A stretch of DNA of 64,000 nt. Source: a virus. The stretch is taken from the IMG/VR virus record IMGVR_UViG_3300045988_156148, positions 17,586 through 81,585 of that record. The stretch is one strand, 5' to 3'. Made by a program: the position numbers and the translations under genes. Below the pieces are notes generated by a model. The model saw nothing but the letters and a program-made list of their open reading frames with translations. It was not told the origin of the DNA and made no database searches. Below are positions 9,550 to 18,440 of this stretch, piece after piece. Every line of letters begins with the position of its first letter. Positions within the stretch are counted from its first letter, which is position 1.

Positions 9550-10077
9550 ATGAAATACTGGAAGCAAGGATTTTACGATGAACCAATAGAGGGTTCGGTA
9601 GAAATAACAGACGAATATTGGCAATCATTACTTGATGGGCAAAGCGATGGAAAGGAGATAGTAGAAGATGTAAATGGTCGTCCTATCCTTCAAGAACACA
9701 TATTTACTTTAGAAGAAGTAAAAGAGCATACATTATACAATATTCAGAGGTACGATAAATCTGAATATGTAAATAGTTTCTTGCTCAATGGAGATAGTAT
9801 TTGGTTAAGCAAAGATTTACGAACTTCCATAATGAATGCTGTTGCGATTAAAAAGAGCAGAAACATTAAAACATCAAGTATTTGGTATAATCAGAAAGAG
9901 TATGTTCTCCCTGTTGATTTTATATTAGATATGTTAGATGATGTGGAGATATACGCTGATACTTGTAATAGCGTTACACAAAGACATATCGCAAATGTTA
10001 TGGCTATGACAGATATAGATGAAATTAATAATTATGACTATACTTTAAATTATCCAACTAAAGTGAACTACCCATGA
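9550..10077 (+). CDS. Tail-fibre assembly / chaperone-like protein (DUF4376-like C-terminus)
   Basis: The N-terminus MKYWKQGFYDEPIEG..YWQSLLDGQSDGKEI resembles tail-fibre assembly proteins, and the gene sits right after a fibre gene. Its last codons (VNYP) and stop come from the IS right end. Confidence 0.5.
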   Translation: MKYWKQGFYDEPIEGSVEITDEYWQSLLDGQSDGKEIVEDVNGRPILQEHIFTLEEVKEHTLYNIQRYDKSEYVNSFLLNGDSIWLSKDLRTSIMNAVAIKKSRNIKTSSIWYNQKEYVLPVDFILDMLDDVEIYADTCNSVTQRHIANVMAMTDIDEINNYDYTLNYPTKVNYP

Positions 10078-10200
10078 GCTAAAAGCTCATGGGTTTCGTG
10101 GGCTGCGCAAGTAACCTCGCTCATATCTCCACACGCGTAAATTTCGGTCGTTCCAACCGTATTTATGTTCCGAAAAGCAAATCTCTTGATGTTATTAGCT
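10063..10200 (-). ncRNA. Putative omega-RNA (reRNA) scaffold overlapping the tnpB 3' end and the right end
   Basis: In known TnpB systems the guide RNA derives from the tnpB 3' end plus the right end. Two hairpins are present here, and the last 71 nt are conserved in an orphan copy at 37406-37476. The 5' extent is unknown. Confidence 0.4.
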
Positions 10201-11267
10201 GCAAGGAAATCTCTATCGTGAATTGAGCCACATTCTGGGCAAGTCCATTCACGCATGGCGAGTGTTAGGTTGTGATTAATATATCCGCAAGTACACATTT
10301 TAGAACTTGGTTCAAAGCGACCAATACGAAGAATATTAACTCCTCGCTCTTTTGCCTTGTATTCTAACAGTGTATTGAATGTTCCTATGGCAATATCCGA
10401 TAGTGATTGCGCAAGGTGGTGGTTCTTTATCATCCCTTTTACATTCAAGTCCTCAAGACAGATTGTATCATAGTTATTCACAAGATATGATGTAACCTTA
10501 TGCAAGAAGTCATTTCTTCTATTAGTTACTTGCTCATGCGCTAAAGCCAATTTTCTTCTTGCTTTACCTCTATTCTTAGAACCTTTTGTCTTGTGCAACA
10601 AAGAGCGTTGAAGTTTCTTGACTTTATCAAGTGATTGTTTTAGATGTTTAGGATTAGGTATTTCAGTACCATCTGAAAGGACAGCAAATGTTTTAATCCC
10701 AAGGTCTATACCAACTGCTTTGTTCTCACAAATTGGTTTCATAGATACATCGGGTTCATCCACTTCCACAAGGATAGATATGAAATACTTACCTGTTGAT
10801 GTTCTTGTAATAGTAGAAGTTTTAACTATACCATCAAAGGTGCGATGTAATATTGCTTTAATTCCACTTTTGAATTTAGGAATGAATATTCTTCCATTCT
10901 CGAAATCAACCTTTGTATTTTGAGGTATAGAAAAACTTTGCTTGCTATCTTTTTTTGATTTGAATCTTGGAAAGCCTTTATGCTCCCTAAAGAACCTAGC
11001 GTAGGCAGAATCAAGATTAGCAAGCGATGCTTGAAGGGAAAGCGAATTGACTTCTTTTAGCCAACAATACTCATCTGACTTTTTCATATTCGGCAGATCT
11101 GCTTGAATATCGAAGCGAGAAAGATTAGTTTTATCAGTTTGAAAAGCCTTCACTTTCTTAGCAAGAGCATAATTATAGATGAAACGACAAGAACCAAGAT
11201 GCTTTGCTATAAGCACCTTTTGCTCCTCATTCGGATATAATCTATATTTATATGCTCTATATTTCAT
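10068..11267 (-). CDS. tnpB: RNA-guided endonuclease TnpB (IS605 OrfB family), apparently intact
   Basis: Starts MKYRAYKYRLYPNEEQ at the internal ATG 11267; the longer ORF to 11354 is an upstream extension. RuvC-I GIDLGIK, RuvC-II CLEDLN, zinc finger CTCG..CPECG and RuvC-III HDRDFLAANNI are all present. Confidence 0.9.
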   Translation of the reverse strand: MKYRAYKYRLYPNEEQKVLIAKHLGSCRFIYNYALAKKVKAFQTDKTNLSRFDIQADLPNMKKSDEYCWLKEVNSLSLQASLANLDSAYARFFREHKGFPRFKSKKDSKQSFSIPQNTKVDFENGRIFIPKFKSGIKAILHRTFDGIVKTSTITRTSTGKYFISILVEVDEPDVSMKPICENKAVGIDLGIKTFAVLSDGTEIPNPKHLKQSLDKVKKLQRSLLHKTKGSKNRGKARRKLALAHEQVTNRRNDFLHKVTSYLVNNYDTICLEDLNVKGMIKNHHLAQSLSDIAIGTFNTLLEYKAKERGVNILRIGRFEPSSKMCTCGYINHNLTLAMREWTCPECGSIHDRDFLAANNIKRFAFRNINTVGTTEIYACGDMSEVTCAAHETHELLAHG

Positions 11268-11271
11268 ACCA

Positions 11272-11279
11272 CAAAGATA
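11272..11279 (-). promoter_or_regulatory. -7 box TATCTTTG, 4 nt upstream of the tnpB ATG (near-leaderless)
   Basis: The forward strand reads caaagata. The same TATCTTTGTG..ATG arrangement is found at the second tnpB (60260-60274). Confidence 0.4.
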
Positions 11280-11417
11280 ATATAATTTAGCGAAACGCAA
11301 AAGAACTTCTAAAAATTTTGTGTTCACGAAAAAAAATGTACCTTTACAACGCAATTCATCCGCTTAAGTTAAAGACTTATGAGATTTCTTGCTATTTTTA
11401 TTTAAAAATTAATTACA

Positions 11418-11858
11418 ATGAAAAAAATATTTTATGATTCAAAGGTAGCTAAAGCTATTTTATTTGATGGTTATTCAACAATAACAATATTTGCTTGGGT
11501 ATTGACTGTATACAAGAAGTTGACACAAGAAACGATAAACCATGAATGTACTCATGCCAGACAGTGGATTGAACTTACTGTAGCAGGAGGATTATTTATG
11601 TGGCTTGGAATGCTAATATTTAATTATTCTGCATGGTATCTTGCTATTTCTCCGATTGTATTCTATTTATGGTATGGTTTAGAATATTGCATAAGAAGAA
11701 TTATGGGAATATTTGCTTCGGGTGGCAACAAACAACATACTGCATATCGTGAGGTGTCATTTGAACAAGAAGCTCGATTGGCTGAAAAAGATAATAATTA
11801 TCTTGAAAACAGCCATTATTATGCATGGACGAAGTTTATAATCAAAACTAGAAAGTAA
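11418..11858 (+). CDS. Membrane protein with HExxH-like motif
   Basis: NHECTHARQW motif plus 3-4 hydrophobic segments. Confidence 0.5.
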   Translation: MKKIFYDSKVAKAILFDGYSTITIFAWVLTVYKKLTQETINHECTHARQWIELTVAGGLFMWLGMLIFNYSAWYLAISPIVFYLWYGLEYCIRRIMGIFASGGNKQHTAYREVSFEQEARLAEKDNNYLENSHYYAWTKFIIKTRK

Positions 11859-11859
11859 T

Positions 11860-13857
11860 ATGGCAATTCTATCAAATGGTAAATTTTCAGGATTCCTGTG
11901 TTCCATAAGGGACACAGGTAAAAAACTAAAAGACGGTGCAGCCGTTATGGTTGAAGATTTTCTTTCCGGATTCAATGGATACGGATGGAAATTGTGGAAG
12001 AAAAGTAATCTTTGGAGACTTGAAATAGATGAGCTTCTTGTTCGCAAATCATTCACGACCTTTGAACATATCATATCACAAATAACTTCCATTAGGGGAG
12101 GGCAAACAATAAGTCAAGGTCACGCTAAAATAAAGGCTGTAACGACAATTGAAGCAGACGTATATAGGGAGAATGATGGAGAGGAAACTATCACCCAAGA
12201 GCAATGTTATCGCTTGGAAATAGACGATGAATCAAATTCTATTGTAGAATATGATTTTGTACAGTGTTTAAAAGGCAATAGACAATATTTGGTTCAAGTT
12301 GGAAGTGTCTTTCAATACTATATTAATATTCCTATAACCGAGTTTGATTCAGATGCAAAAGCAGGTGAAGTATTAAATGTTCCACAAGCAGGAGATGAAA
12401 TTGTTCAATTTGGGAATGCATCACACCAAGATAAATATAAAAACAGACATTCAGCCCTTTATCTCCATGTAGATGAGGATGAACCTGCTATAGATCTTAT
12501 GACCAACATGTATTCTAAAGATTGGTCTAATGCGATAAAAACTCGCATAGGAGGTAATCTTCCGGGAACAGATGGTGAAAGAGGTTTTTATAGTGTAAAC
12601 GGGAAAATAATATCTGTTGATGAAAACAATGATATAGTATATGAGATTAATCCTGATGGTTCAGGATATTTCGCTAGAGGAAAATTCTCATGGACTAAAG
12701 ATGGTTCTCCTAAATTTTCAGGGACTATTTTGTTGCAGATAGATAATAATAATGTTTGGGAAGTTACCGAAGCTGGCGAAAATATTATTGGGAACAAAGA
12801 TGGGAAAAGAATAGTAATAAGCCCTGTTAGTCAAGATATTAGAGTTTTTGATGATAGTAATAATAATGTCCTTTCTATCGAAGGTTCTAATAGAAATGAT
12901 ATAAGCGATTTTTTTGGTGGTACTCCTCCAACTATAACTATCAAGAATATCCCATTTTCTGTTGCTGCAACAGTTACAAGAGCGGAAATGACTGTTACAG
13001 AAGGATTTTATACTAGTACATTGATGAATCTTTCCGTAGAATTTAATTATAATTATTCACAATATTCAGAAAGTTCAGCTTCGGGTAACATTTCAGGAAC
13101 TCTATATCTTGATAATTTTTCAGATTCTTCTTATAGCAACTATCAGAATAGCAGTGTTATAGCATCATTTAATGTAGATGTTACGGGAACAGGAACTTTT
13201 GTTGTAAGAAATACTACTACTATAGAAAAAGGTTATCATACTCTTAGATTCCTTATATTAAAAGATAGATCTGTCACTAGTTTTTCAATCAGTTCTTTAA
13301 ATGTTGAATTTGTTATTGATTCTTATTTAGCTAGTTTATTTGCTAATGGTATTGTATTAGGTTCTTCTACAAACAATCTTTTTTATGCAATAAATAAACA
13401 ACCTAATCCATTGCTTAATATTAAAAATCTATTTTTTGGAGTTATGAATGATTTTTCAGGATTAAAAATAGATACATCGGGGTCTTACTCTAAAATAAAA
13501 GGTCATTGGGGACTTTTACCTTCATTAATTGCCTATGGCGTTGTGTGGGGTGGAAATACCCCTACTTATAAAGCTATAAAAACTTTTGATGGAAGTTCCT
13601 TTCCTGCTGCTACTCGAATAGGAGAAGGTGTTTATAGAATTAACTTTCCTACTTCATGGAGAAGTCTTAATATAAGCGCTACAAATGCATACGTTATGTT
13701 GACGGGAATAGGTTTTTCTATTGTAGATGGAGGAAGTAACGCTCCAATAAAAGCAACATTTAAACAATGGGTAACAAATGGATTTGATGTATGGCTATCA
13801 GATGATGCAACTGCTAATGATGGTGATTTTGCTTTTGAATTAAAATGGTTAGGATGA
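11860..13857 (+). CDS. Tail fibre / structural protein
   Basis: 665-aa beta-rich, Asn/Ser-rich ORF in the fibre module. Starts 2 nt after the upstream stop. Confidence 0.6.
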   Translation: MAILSNGKFSGFLCSIRDTGKKLKDGAAVMVEDFLSGFNGYGWKLWKKSNLWRLEIDELLVRKSFTTFEHIISQITSIRGGQTISQGHAKIKAVTTIEADVYRENDGEETITQEQCYRLEIDDESNSIVEYDFVQCLKGNRQYLVQVGSVFQYYINIPITEFDSDAKAGEVLNVPQAGDEIVQFGNASHQDKYKNRHSALYLHVDEDEPAIDLMTNMYSKDWSNAIKTRIGGNLPGTDGERGFYSVNGKIISVDENNDIVYEINPDGSGYFARGKFSWTKDGSPKFSGTILLQIDNNNVWEVTEAGENIIGNKDGKRIVISPVSQDIRVFDDSNNNVLSIEGSNRNDISDFFGGTPPTITIKNIPFSVAATVTRAEMTVTEGFYTSTLMNLSVEFNYNYSQYSESSASGNISGTLYLDNFSDSSYSNYQNSSVIASFNVDVTGTGTFVVRNTTTIEKGYHTLRFLILKDRSVTSFSISSLNVEFVIDSYLASLFANGIVLGSSTNNLFYAINKQPNPLLNIKNLFFGVMNDFSGLKIDTSGSYSKIKGHWGLLPSLIAYGVVWGGNTPTYKAIKTFDGSSFPAATRIGEGVYRINFPTSWRSLNISATNAYVMLTGIGFSIVDGGSNAPIKATFKQWVTNGFDVWLSDDATANDGDFAFELKWLG

Positions 13858-13862
13858 CAATA

Positions 13863-13890
13863 AAGGGAGCTTAATTGCTCCCTTTTATTT
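13863..13890. terminator. Bidirectional intrinsic terminator between convergent genes
   Basis: AAGGGAGC-ttaatt-GCTCCCTT followed by TTATTT. An A-rich tract precedes it. Confidence 0.6.
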
Positions 13891-14371
13891 AGTACATCTT
13901 CTCCATATTGGAGAGTCTTGGTTTCTTATTCACTGCCTTATTTTGCTTATAAGGTTTTTCCTTTGCTTTCTTAGCTTTTTGTTCCGCTTCTAGCTCTGAT
14001 TTTAAAGCTAGGATTTCGGACTTCTTAAATCCTACTTTTTGATTCCTAAAAACTTGCTGCTTGATATTGTGTTTCTTCATTAAATTAGAGAAACCAACTC
14101 TATTAGAAGAATAACCCAATAGTCGCATTGCGCCATCGTAATTAAGAAAATCATCTTCTCGAACATATTCACTATTTACTTTTTCAATACTATTAATTGC
14201 TTGCGCTACATCATTCTCGCTGCAATCCTCTGAAAGTATATCTAACAGACGTGAAAATACTGTATCAAACAATATCTTCTTCAATCCACTAAGTTTACTT
14301 ACCTCTTCTTTTAAAAGATCGTATGCGTCTGCTTTTATTTTACTAATCTTATTGTTATTCTTCGTTACCAT
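13889..14371 (-). CDS. Hypothetical protein, possible DNA-binding
   Basis: 160 aa with a basic C-terminal tail. First gene of the leftward block reading from its own -7 box. Confidence 0.5.
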   Translation of the reverse strand: MVTKNNNKISKIKADAYDLLKEEVSKLSGLKKILFDTVFSRLLDILSEDCSENDVAQAINSIEKVNSEYVREDDFLNYDGAMRLLGYSSNRVGFSNLMKKHNIKQQVFRNQKVGFKKSEILALKSELEAEQKAKKAKEKPYKQNKAVNKKPRLSNMEKMY

Positions 14372-14412
14372 AGTTTTATATTATTTTTTTTGAAAAATAT
14401 AACATATTTCAT

Positions 14413-14420
14413 CAAATATA
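14413..14420 (-). promoter_or_regulatory. -7 box TATATTTG (- strand)
   Basis: The forward strand reads caaatata, 42 nt upstream of ATG 14371. Confidence 0.4.
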
Positions 14421-14446
14421 ATTGTTTTTATAGAAAAAGAAATATA

Positions 14447-15151
14447 TTACTTTCCCCATTTTTTACAATATAATTTTCTCATTTCAGAAACTAAAGAAGG
14501 GAATGAGGCTATATAACCCATATCTATCGCAAAAGCTAAAGATTTCTGTAAATCGTCTAGTTCTTTCAATTGCTCTTGGTTAGCTTTGTTTCTAATCATT
14601 GTTTCATGGATATTAAACACTATATAGTTTAAACCTTTTGCAATAGTTCTATAATCAACATCATTAAATTTAGACGCTGACCGACATAAATCATTATATT
14701 TGTCACCAGCTTCAATGCGATTAATAATAAGATTATCCGTTAACCACATTACGACAGTAGCATAAATTTCAGGATTCAATTCCAAAGCCAAAAGCACCCA
14801 TATATAAGGATTACATGAAACATGTCTATTACTTCTTGCACCAACATTCTTATATACACCGTACTTCTTCATTACTTTGACAAGAGACGTGTTTTTTACC
14901 TCTTTCATAAAAGCAGGAAATCCTGTTTTTATAATGCCCTGTTTTTCAAGAATATAATATATTCGCTCTGACGATTCCATATTGGATAGAATATTTTCTA
15001 TTCTTTTTTCATTCCATCCTTTTTGAATCCTAGCACGAGTATAAGCTTCTTGTAAATCAGTTACAGACAAGAACTGATTTTTTGTATCTTGCCTAATCGT
15101 AACTCCAAATAACTCTCGATCTTTAGACTCCATTGTCACATTTGTTTTCAT
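14447..15151 (-). CDS. KilA-N-like DNA-binding protein
   Basis: Start chosen at MKTNVTMESKDRELFGVTIRQ (ATG 15151). The longer ORF to 15508 overlaps a membrane-protein gene and a promoter box. It is a paralog of 15583..16227. Confidence 0.55.
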   Translation of the reverse strand: MKTNVTMESKDRELFGVTIRQDTKNQFLSVTDLQEAYTRARIQKGWNEKRIENILSNMESSERIYYILEKQGIIKTGFPAFMKEVKNTSLVKVMKKYGVYKNVGARSNRHVSCNPYIWVLLALELNPEIYATVVMWLTDNLIINRIEAGDKYNDLCRSASKFNDVDYRTIAKGLNYIVFNIHETMIRNKANQEQLKELDDLQKSLAFAIDMGYIASFPSLVSEMRKLYCKKWGK

Positions 15152-15174
15152 ACTCTTATTATTTAAATTATACG

Positions 15175-15182
15175 CAAATATA
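15175..15182 (-). promoter_or_regulatory. -7 box TATATTTG (- strand)
   Basis: The forward strand reads caaatata, 24 nt upstream of ATG 15151. Confidence 0.45.
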
Positions 15183-15230
15183 ATATTTATTTTCATATAA
15201 TAAAAATATAATGTGATAAATTTAATAATT

Positions 15231-15614
15231 CTACATTTTACCCTTTTGTTTTTTAATTCTACGTACTTTTCTAAAATGGCGAATACCAAGATAGACAGTA
15301 AGTGCAATACTGATAATCCAAGTAGTTGATACGATAAACAGATATATTTCCGCAGTTGGCATGATATTGAATGTATCATCAAGACAAGCAATAGTATCAG
15401 TAAACATGAGGTTAATTGGTATTGCTCTTGCATACTTACAATGATAACGACCTTCATCGCAAGCCAATCGGTATAAACAGTAATCCAATAATACCACATA
15501 GCCATCAAATGTTACCAATATCCCATTCCAAGCGAAATAGAATACAATGAACATATAGATAGCCAATCCAAAGATGGTTGCTCTAACTATTAGCTTTTCC
15601 ATTATATTTTTCAT
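15231..15614 (-). CDS. Multi-pass membrane protein
   Basis: 127 aa with 3-4 hydrophobic helices and a basic C-terminus. Confidence 0.5.
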   Translation of the reverse strand: MKNIMEKLIVRATIFGLAIYMFIVFYFAWNGILVTFDGYVVLLDYCLYRLACDEGRYHCKYARAIPINLMFTDTIACLDDTFNIMPTAEIYLFIVSTTWIISIALTVYLGIRHFRKVRRIKKQKGKM

Positions 15615-16227
15615 TATACCATTCTCTAGCTTTCAACATGCCTATTCTAATAGCTTCATTGTTGTTATTATGGAAAACGCCACACATCAATGATATATAT
15701 TCATGTATTTTATCTCTATATGCTAATTGTGATTCTGTTGCTTTTTGCCAATCACAAACTCCTACTTCCGCCTGAATCATTTTGCATACTACACTCATTG
15801 ATTTTGAGAAAGTAGATTTTTTAGTAGTATTTAGATAAAGTGCACCTGCCATTTTTTTATAAGAATCTCCACTATCATTCCTATATTTAAGTAAACAATC
15901 ATATATCCATTTATAGACTTCTACTTTAAATGAAGGATTAATAGCTAATGCCATATCAATAAATAAAAAAGGATGAACCCAAGTACCGCCTTTTTGCCCT
16001 CTAGTTGTAATCATAACACAACCAAACTCCTTTTCAAGAGAAGATATAAATTCTTTTGTTTGATTAGAAGTTTTCCATTGGTTAAAATTGAAAGGAGGAA
16101 GATCATGTGTTATTCTCCATTTATTACCTACAGATACTAAATCATTCGCATTTAAAAATTCAAGTTTACTTTTTTGTCTAACAATGCCACCAAAAAGCGG
16201 TCTTTCCATAATTACTTCTGTTTCCAT
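15583..16227 (-). CDS. KilA-N domain protein
   Basis: Motifs FGGIVRQKSKLEFLNANDL and GGTWVHPFLFIDMALAINPSFKVEVYKWI are characteristic of KilA-N. Confidence 0.7.
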   Translation of the reverse strand: METEVIMERPLFGGIVRQKSKLEFLNANDLVSVGNKWRITHDLPPFNFNQWKTSNQTKEFISSLEKEFGCVMITTRGQKGGTWVHPFLFIDMALAINPSFKVEVYKWIYDCLLKYRNDSGDSYKKMAGALYLNTTKKSTFSKSMSVVCKMIQAEVGVCDWQKATESQLAYRDKIHEYISLMCGVFHNNNNEAIRIGMLKAREWYNEKYNGKANS

Positions 16228-16250
16228 AATTTTAATATATTATTTATTCG

Positions 16251-16258
16251 CAAATATA
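16251..16258 (-). promoter_or_regulatory. -7 box TATATTTG (- strand)
   Basis: The forward strand reads caaatata, 24 nt upstream of ATG 16227. Confidence 0.45.
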
Positions 16259-16306
16259 ATATATATTTCATGAATATACAAACTTTTTGTCTAAAAAATA
16301 ATATAT

Positions 16307-16456
16307 TACTTTTTATTGGAATTTACCGCAATTACAATCTTCTCGGTAAATAAACCGGGAGCTTTAGACCTCAATTGAGGCTTTGCAGGTGCATTTCCCT
16401 TTTGCGCACGTACAACCTTCGAGCTTGTTTTGATACGAATCGCCTTATTCGCCATA
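16307..16456 (-). CDS. Small basic protein (49 aa)
   Basis: MANKAIRIKTSSKVVRAQKGNAPAKPQLRSKAPGLFTEKIVIAVNSNKK. Its ATG overlaps the stop of the upstream gene (ATGGCGAATAA). It falls below the ORF-track cutoff. Confidence 0.35.
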
Positions 16457-16732
16457 TTCTAATTCAAGTATTAGTTGACAATAATGAATAACTTTCTTTA
16501 TATCTTCTGCCCCATTCTTGTTCTTATGCCGACATAGATACTTTATGCAATTACCCTCCATAAAAGGTATATCATTTGCATATATAAACTCAACAGGTTC
16601 TATTGCTAGTTTTTTGTAATGCGAACCTCCCTCTTGGGTATTTAATGCGCTAATTGCCTTATTTATTTCAATCGGAATAGCTTCTAACCCATGTGGTCTT
16701 GCATCATCTTCCATCTTCATGTTCTTCGACAT
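16445..16732 (-). CDS. DUF3310-like protein
   Basis: GGSHYKK..IEPVEFI..FMEGNCIKYLCRHKNK signature. Confidence 0.65.
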   Translation of the reverse strand: MSKNMKMEDDARPHGLEAIPIEINKAISALNTQEGGSHYKKLAIEPVEFIYANDIPFMEGNCIKYLCRHKNKNGAEDIKKVIHYCQLILELEYGE

Positions 16733-17378
16733 ATTTATCTACTGAATCTTTAAGTTTTTCCATTCTTTGAACCTCTTCCATAAATTTATCATCTTCTTCG
16801 GTTTCAGGAAGTAATTTTGTATCTCCTAATTCCTCAAATAATTGGTTTCTTCTTTTACAAATAAATGTAGCAATATCAAGATAATAAGGATCATCAATAA
16901 AGCAAAGTGGAGGAGTAAACAGAATATCCATAGTTGCATTAAAGAATGTATCGTAAATATCTTTCTGCTCTTTTCTTAAAGAATCATATTTAGATTTATA
17001 TTCAAGAAGGAAATCTAAATGTCCATATAGAGATCTACATATCGGTTTTACAAACATATAATAACCAGTCATTTGAAAAAGAATGCCTGTTGTAAACCTA
17101 GAAAGTTTAAATGTCCCATAATCATACTCTTCGAGTAAATCCTCCTCACGTACAAAGATTCTAGTTGGAACTACATCATATTGTCCTTTTAAAGATATGA
17201 TTTCGTCCATTATAGAGTCGAAGAAATGCGCATCCTTGCATTGGGATTTAAGTAATGCTATCTTTTCGTCAAGCTTACTTTTCAGCTTTGCTTTTCCTTC
17301 CTCTATTATTTGTTTGTCTGTTTTCTTGACCGCTTCTTCTTTCTGATTCTCCATCATTTCCAATTTCTTCATGTCCAT
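16704..17378 (-). CDS. Hypothetical protein; possibly the C-terminal part of one longer gene
   Basis: Overlaps the upstream ORF by 104 nt. An A5 run lies at the junction (see findings). Confidence 0.5.
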   Translation of the reverse strand: MDMKKLEMMENQKEEAVKKTDKQIIEEGKAKLKSKLDEKIALLKSQCKDAHFFDSIMDEIISLKGQYDVVPTRIFVREEDLLEEYDYGTFKLSRFTTGILFQMTGYYMFVKPICRSLYGHLDFLLEYKSKYDSLRKEQKDIYDTFFNATMDILFTPPLCFIDDPYYLDIATFICKRRNQLFEELGDTKLLPETEEDDKFMEEVQRMEKLKDSVDKYVEEHEDGR

Positions 17379-17883
17379 TTTTCTCCTCTTTATTTGTTTC
17401 TTCTTTTAAATCTTCTTCAAAGGTTATAGGCTGACGCTTATAATTTTTCATGTTGTTCTTAAATTCATTTCTGCTAATTTGTTCTTTAATGCAAACATTG
17501 AAGAAATATTTTTTAAGATCATCATTCGTCATGCCATTAAGGTATTCTTCATCATCAGATGTTCTGGAAGAGATGAAATCTATAATATCCTTTTTATTTT
17601 CCACGGCAGGGATAAATTCATCTTTCAAATATTCATAGGGATATATCTCCACAAGTTCATGTGCTATACCTAATCCCGGCAATGTTTTTGTTACATTTAC
17701 CTCATTCCATGCGAAAAAATCATGATATGCAAGAGCATAGTCCATGTGTCCATTTTTTCTTAAAATCTTAACAATCGCCCTAGCCCATACCTGTTCTTTA
17801 TCGTTGGGTTCAGGAAGAGATGAAACGCCACTATACATTAGCATCTCCAACAATGATTCTTCTGTTCTGCTTTTAGTTCTCAT
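17275..17883 (-). CDS. Hypothetical protein
   Basis: Co-directional packed ORF. The 3' 104 nt overlap the next ORF. Confidence 0.5.
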   Translation of the reverse strand: MRTKSRTEESLLEMLMYSGVSSLPEPNDKEQVWARAIVKILRKNGHMDYALAYHDFFAWNEVNVTKTLPGLGIAHELVEIYPYEYLKDEFIPAVENKKDIIDFISSRTSDDEEYLNGMTNDDLKKYFFNVCIKEQISRNEFKNNMKNYKRQPITFEEDLKEETNKEEKNGHEEIGNDGESERRSGQENRQTNNRGRKSKAEK

Positions 17884-18440
17884 TATTTTTTAAATATTAA
17901 ATAGTTGAAATTTATTTTATATACAGCACTATTTTTATAAATTCCTACACCTCCTCCAAAAGCTATATTTTTAGGAGTAACAAACAGGAGATTAACGCTT
18001 GGGATTACATTCCCATCAAATGTTGTAATATCAGCTCCGATATATCCTTTCCAAGCATCTTTATAAACAGTGTTAGTTGTAGTATTCGTTACGGTTTTAT
18101 ATTCTGTTTTATTGAATACGTTTATTTTATCCAAACTTGGATTAACACCGGAAATCCAAGCTTCATATTTTCCTGTCTCGGAATAATATTTCTCCTCAAT
18201 AGGAAGATTCACATTGGTTGAGTCATTGACATAAACAATCAAAGTATCTATTACTTTTTTATATTTATATATCGGTTTCTCTATTGTCAATGTGTCCCAT
18301 TTAGTAATATAAAAGGTATCTGTTGTATGAACTGTTTCAATATGAGGTTTCCTGTTAGCTAAAAAAGAGGTAACAATCCATACTAAACAGATACCGGTTA
18401 ATATATATGGACTATATGTTTTAACCCACTGCCTCATCAA
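17883..18440 (-). CDS. Membrane-anchored beta-rich protein
   Basis: N-terminal TM segment (YILTGICLVWIVTSFLA). Confidence 0.5.
   Translation of the reverse strand: MMRQWVKTYSPYILTGICLVWIVTSFLANRKPHIETVHTTDTFYITKWDTLTIEKPIYKYKKVIDTLIVYVNDSTNVNLPIEEKYYSETGKYEAWISGVNPSLDKINVFNKTEYKTVTNTTTNTVYKDAWKGYIGADITTFDGNVIPSVNLLFVTPKNIAFGGGVGIYKNSAVYKINFNYLIFKK

Larger units (their letters stand above)
10063..11390 (-). mobile_element. IS200/IS605-family element carrying tnpB only (no tnpA)
   Basis: Intact tnpB. The right end terminates at ..GGGTAGTTCAC (fwd 10063), after a 10-bp hairpin at 10071-10093. The left-end motif TAAGTCTTTAACTT (fwd 11366-11379) is shared with the second tnpB locus. The left boundary is approximate. 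Confidence 0.7.

Noticed and set aside
10068-11354. Full 428-aa ORF as the TnpB coding sequence
   Set aside because: The first 29 codons (MRCKGTFFFVNTKF..) precede the conserved MKYRAYKYRLYPN start and cover the -7 box, so ATG 11267 was taken instead.
5004-13857. Diversity-generating retroelement acting on the fibre genes
   Set aside because: No reverse transcriptase gene is in the window, and I saw no template/variable repeat pair with adenine-specific mismatches.
14447-15508. 353-aa ORF as one gene
   Set aside because: The N-terminal 119 codons are low-complexity and hydrophobic, overlap the better membrane-protein ORF 15231..15614 in another frame, and span a promoter box. The KilA-N-like part starts at ATG 15151.
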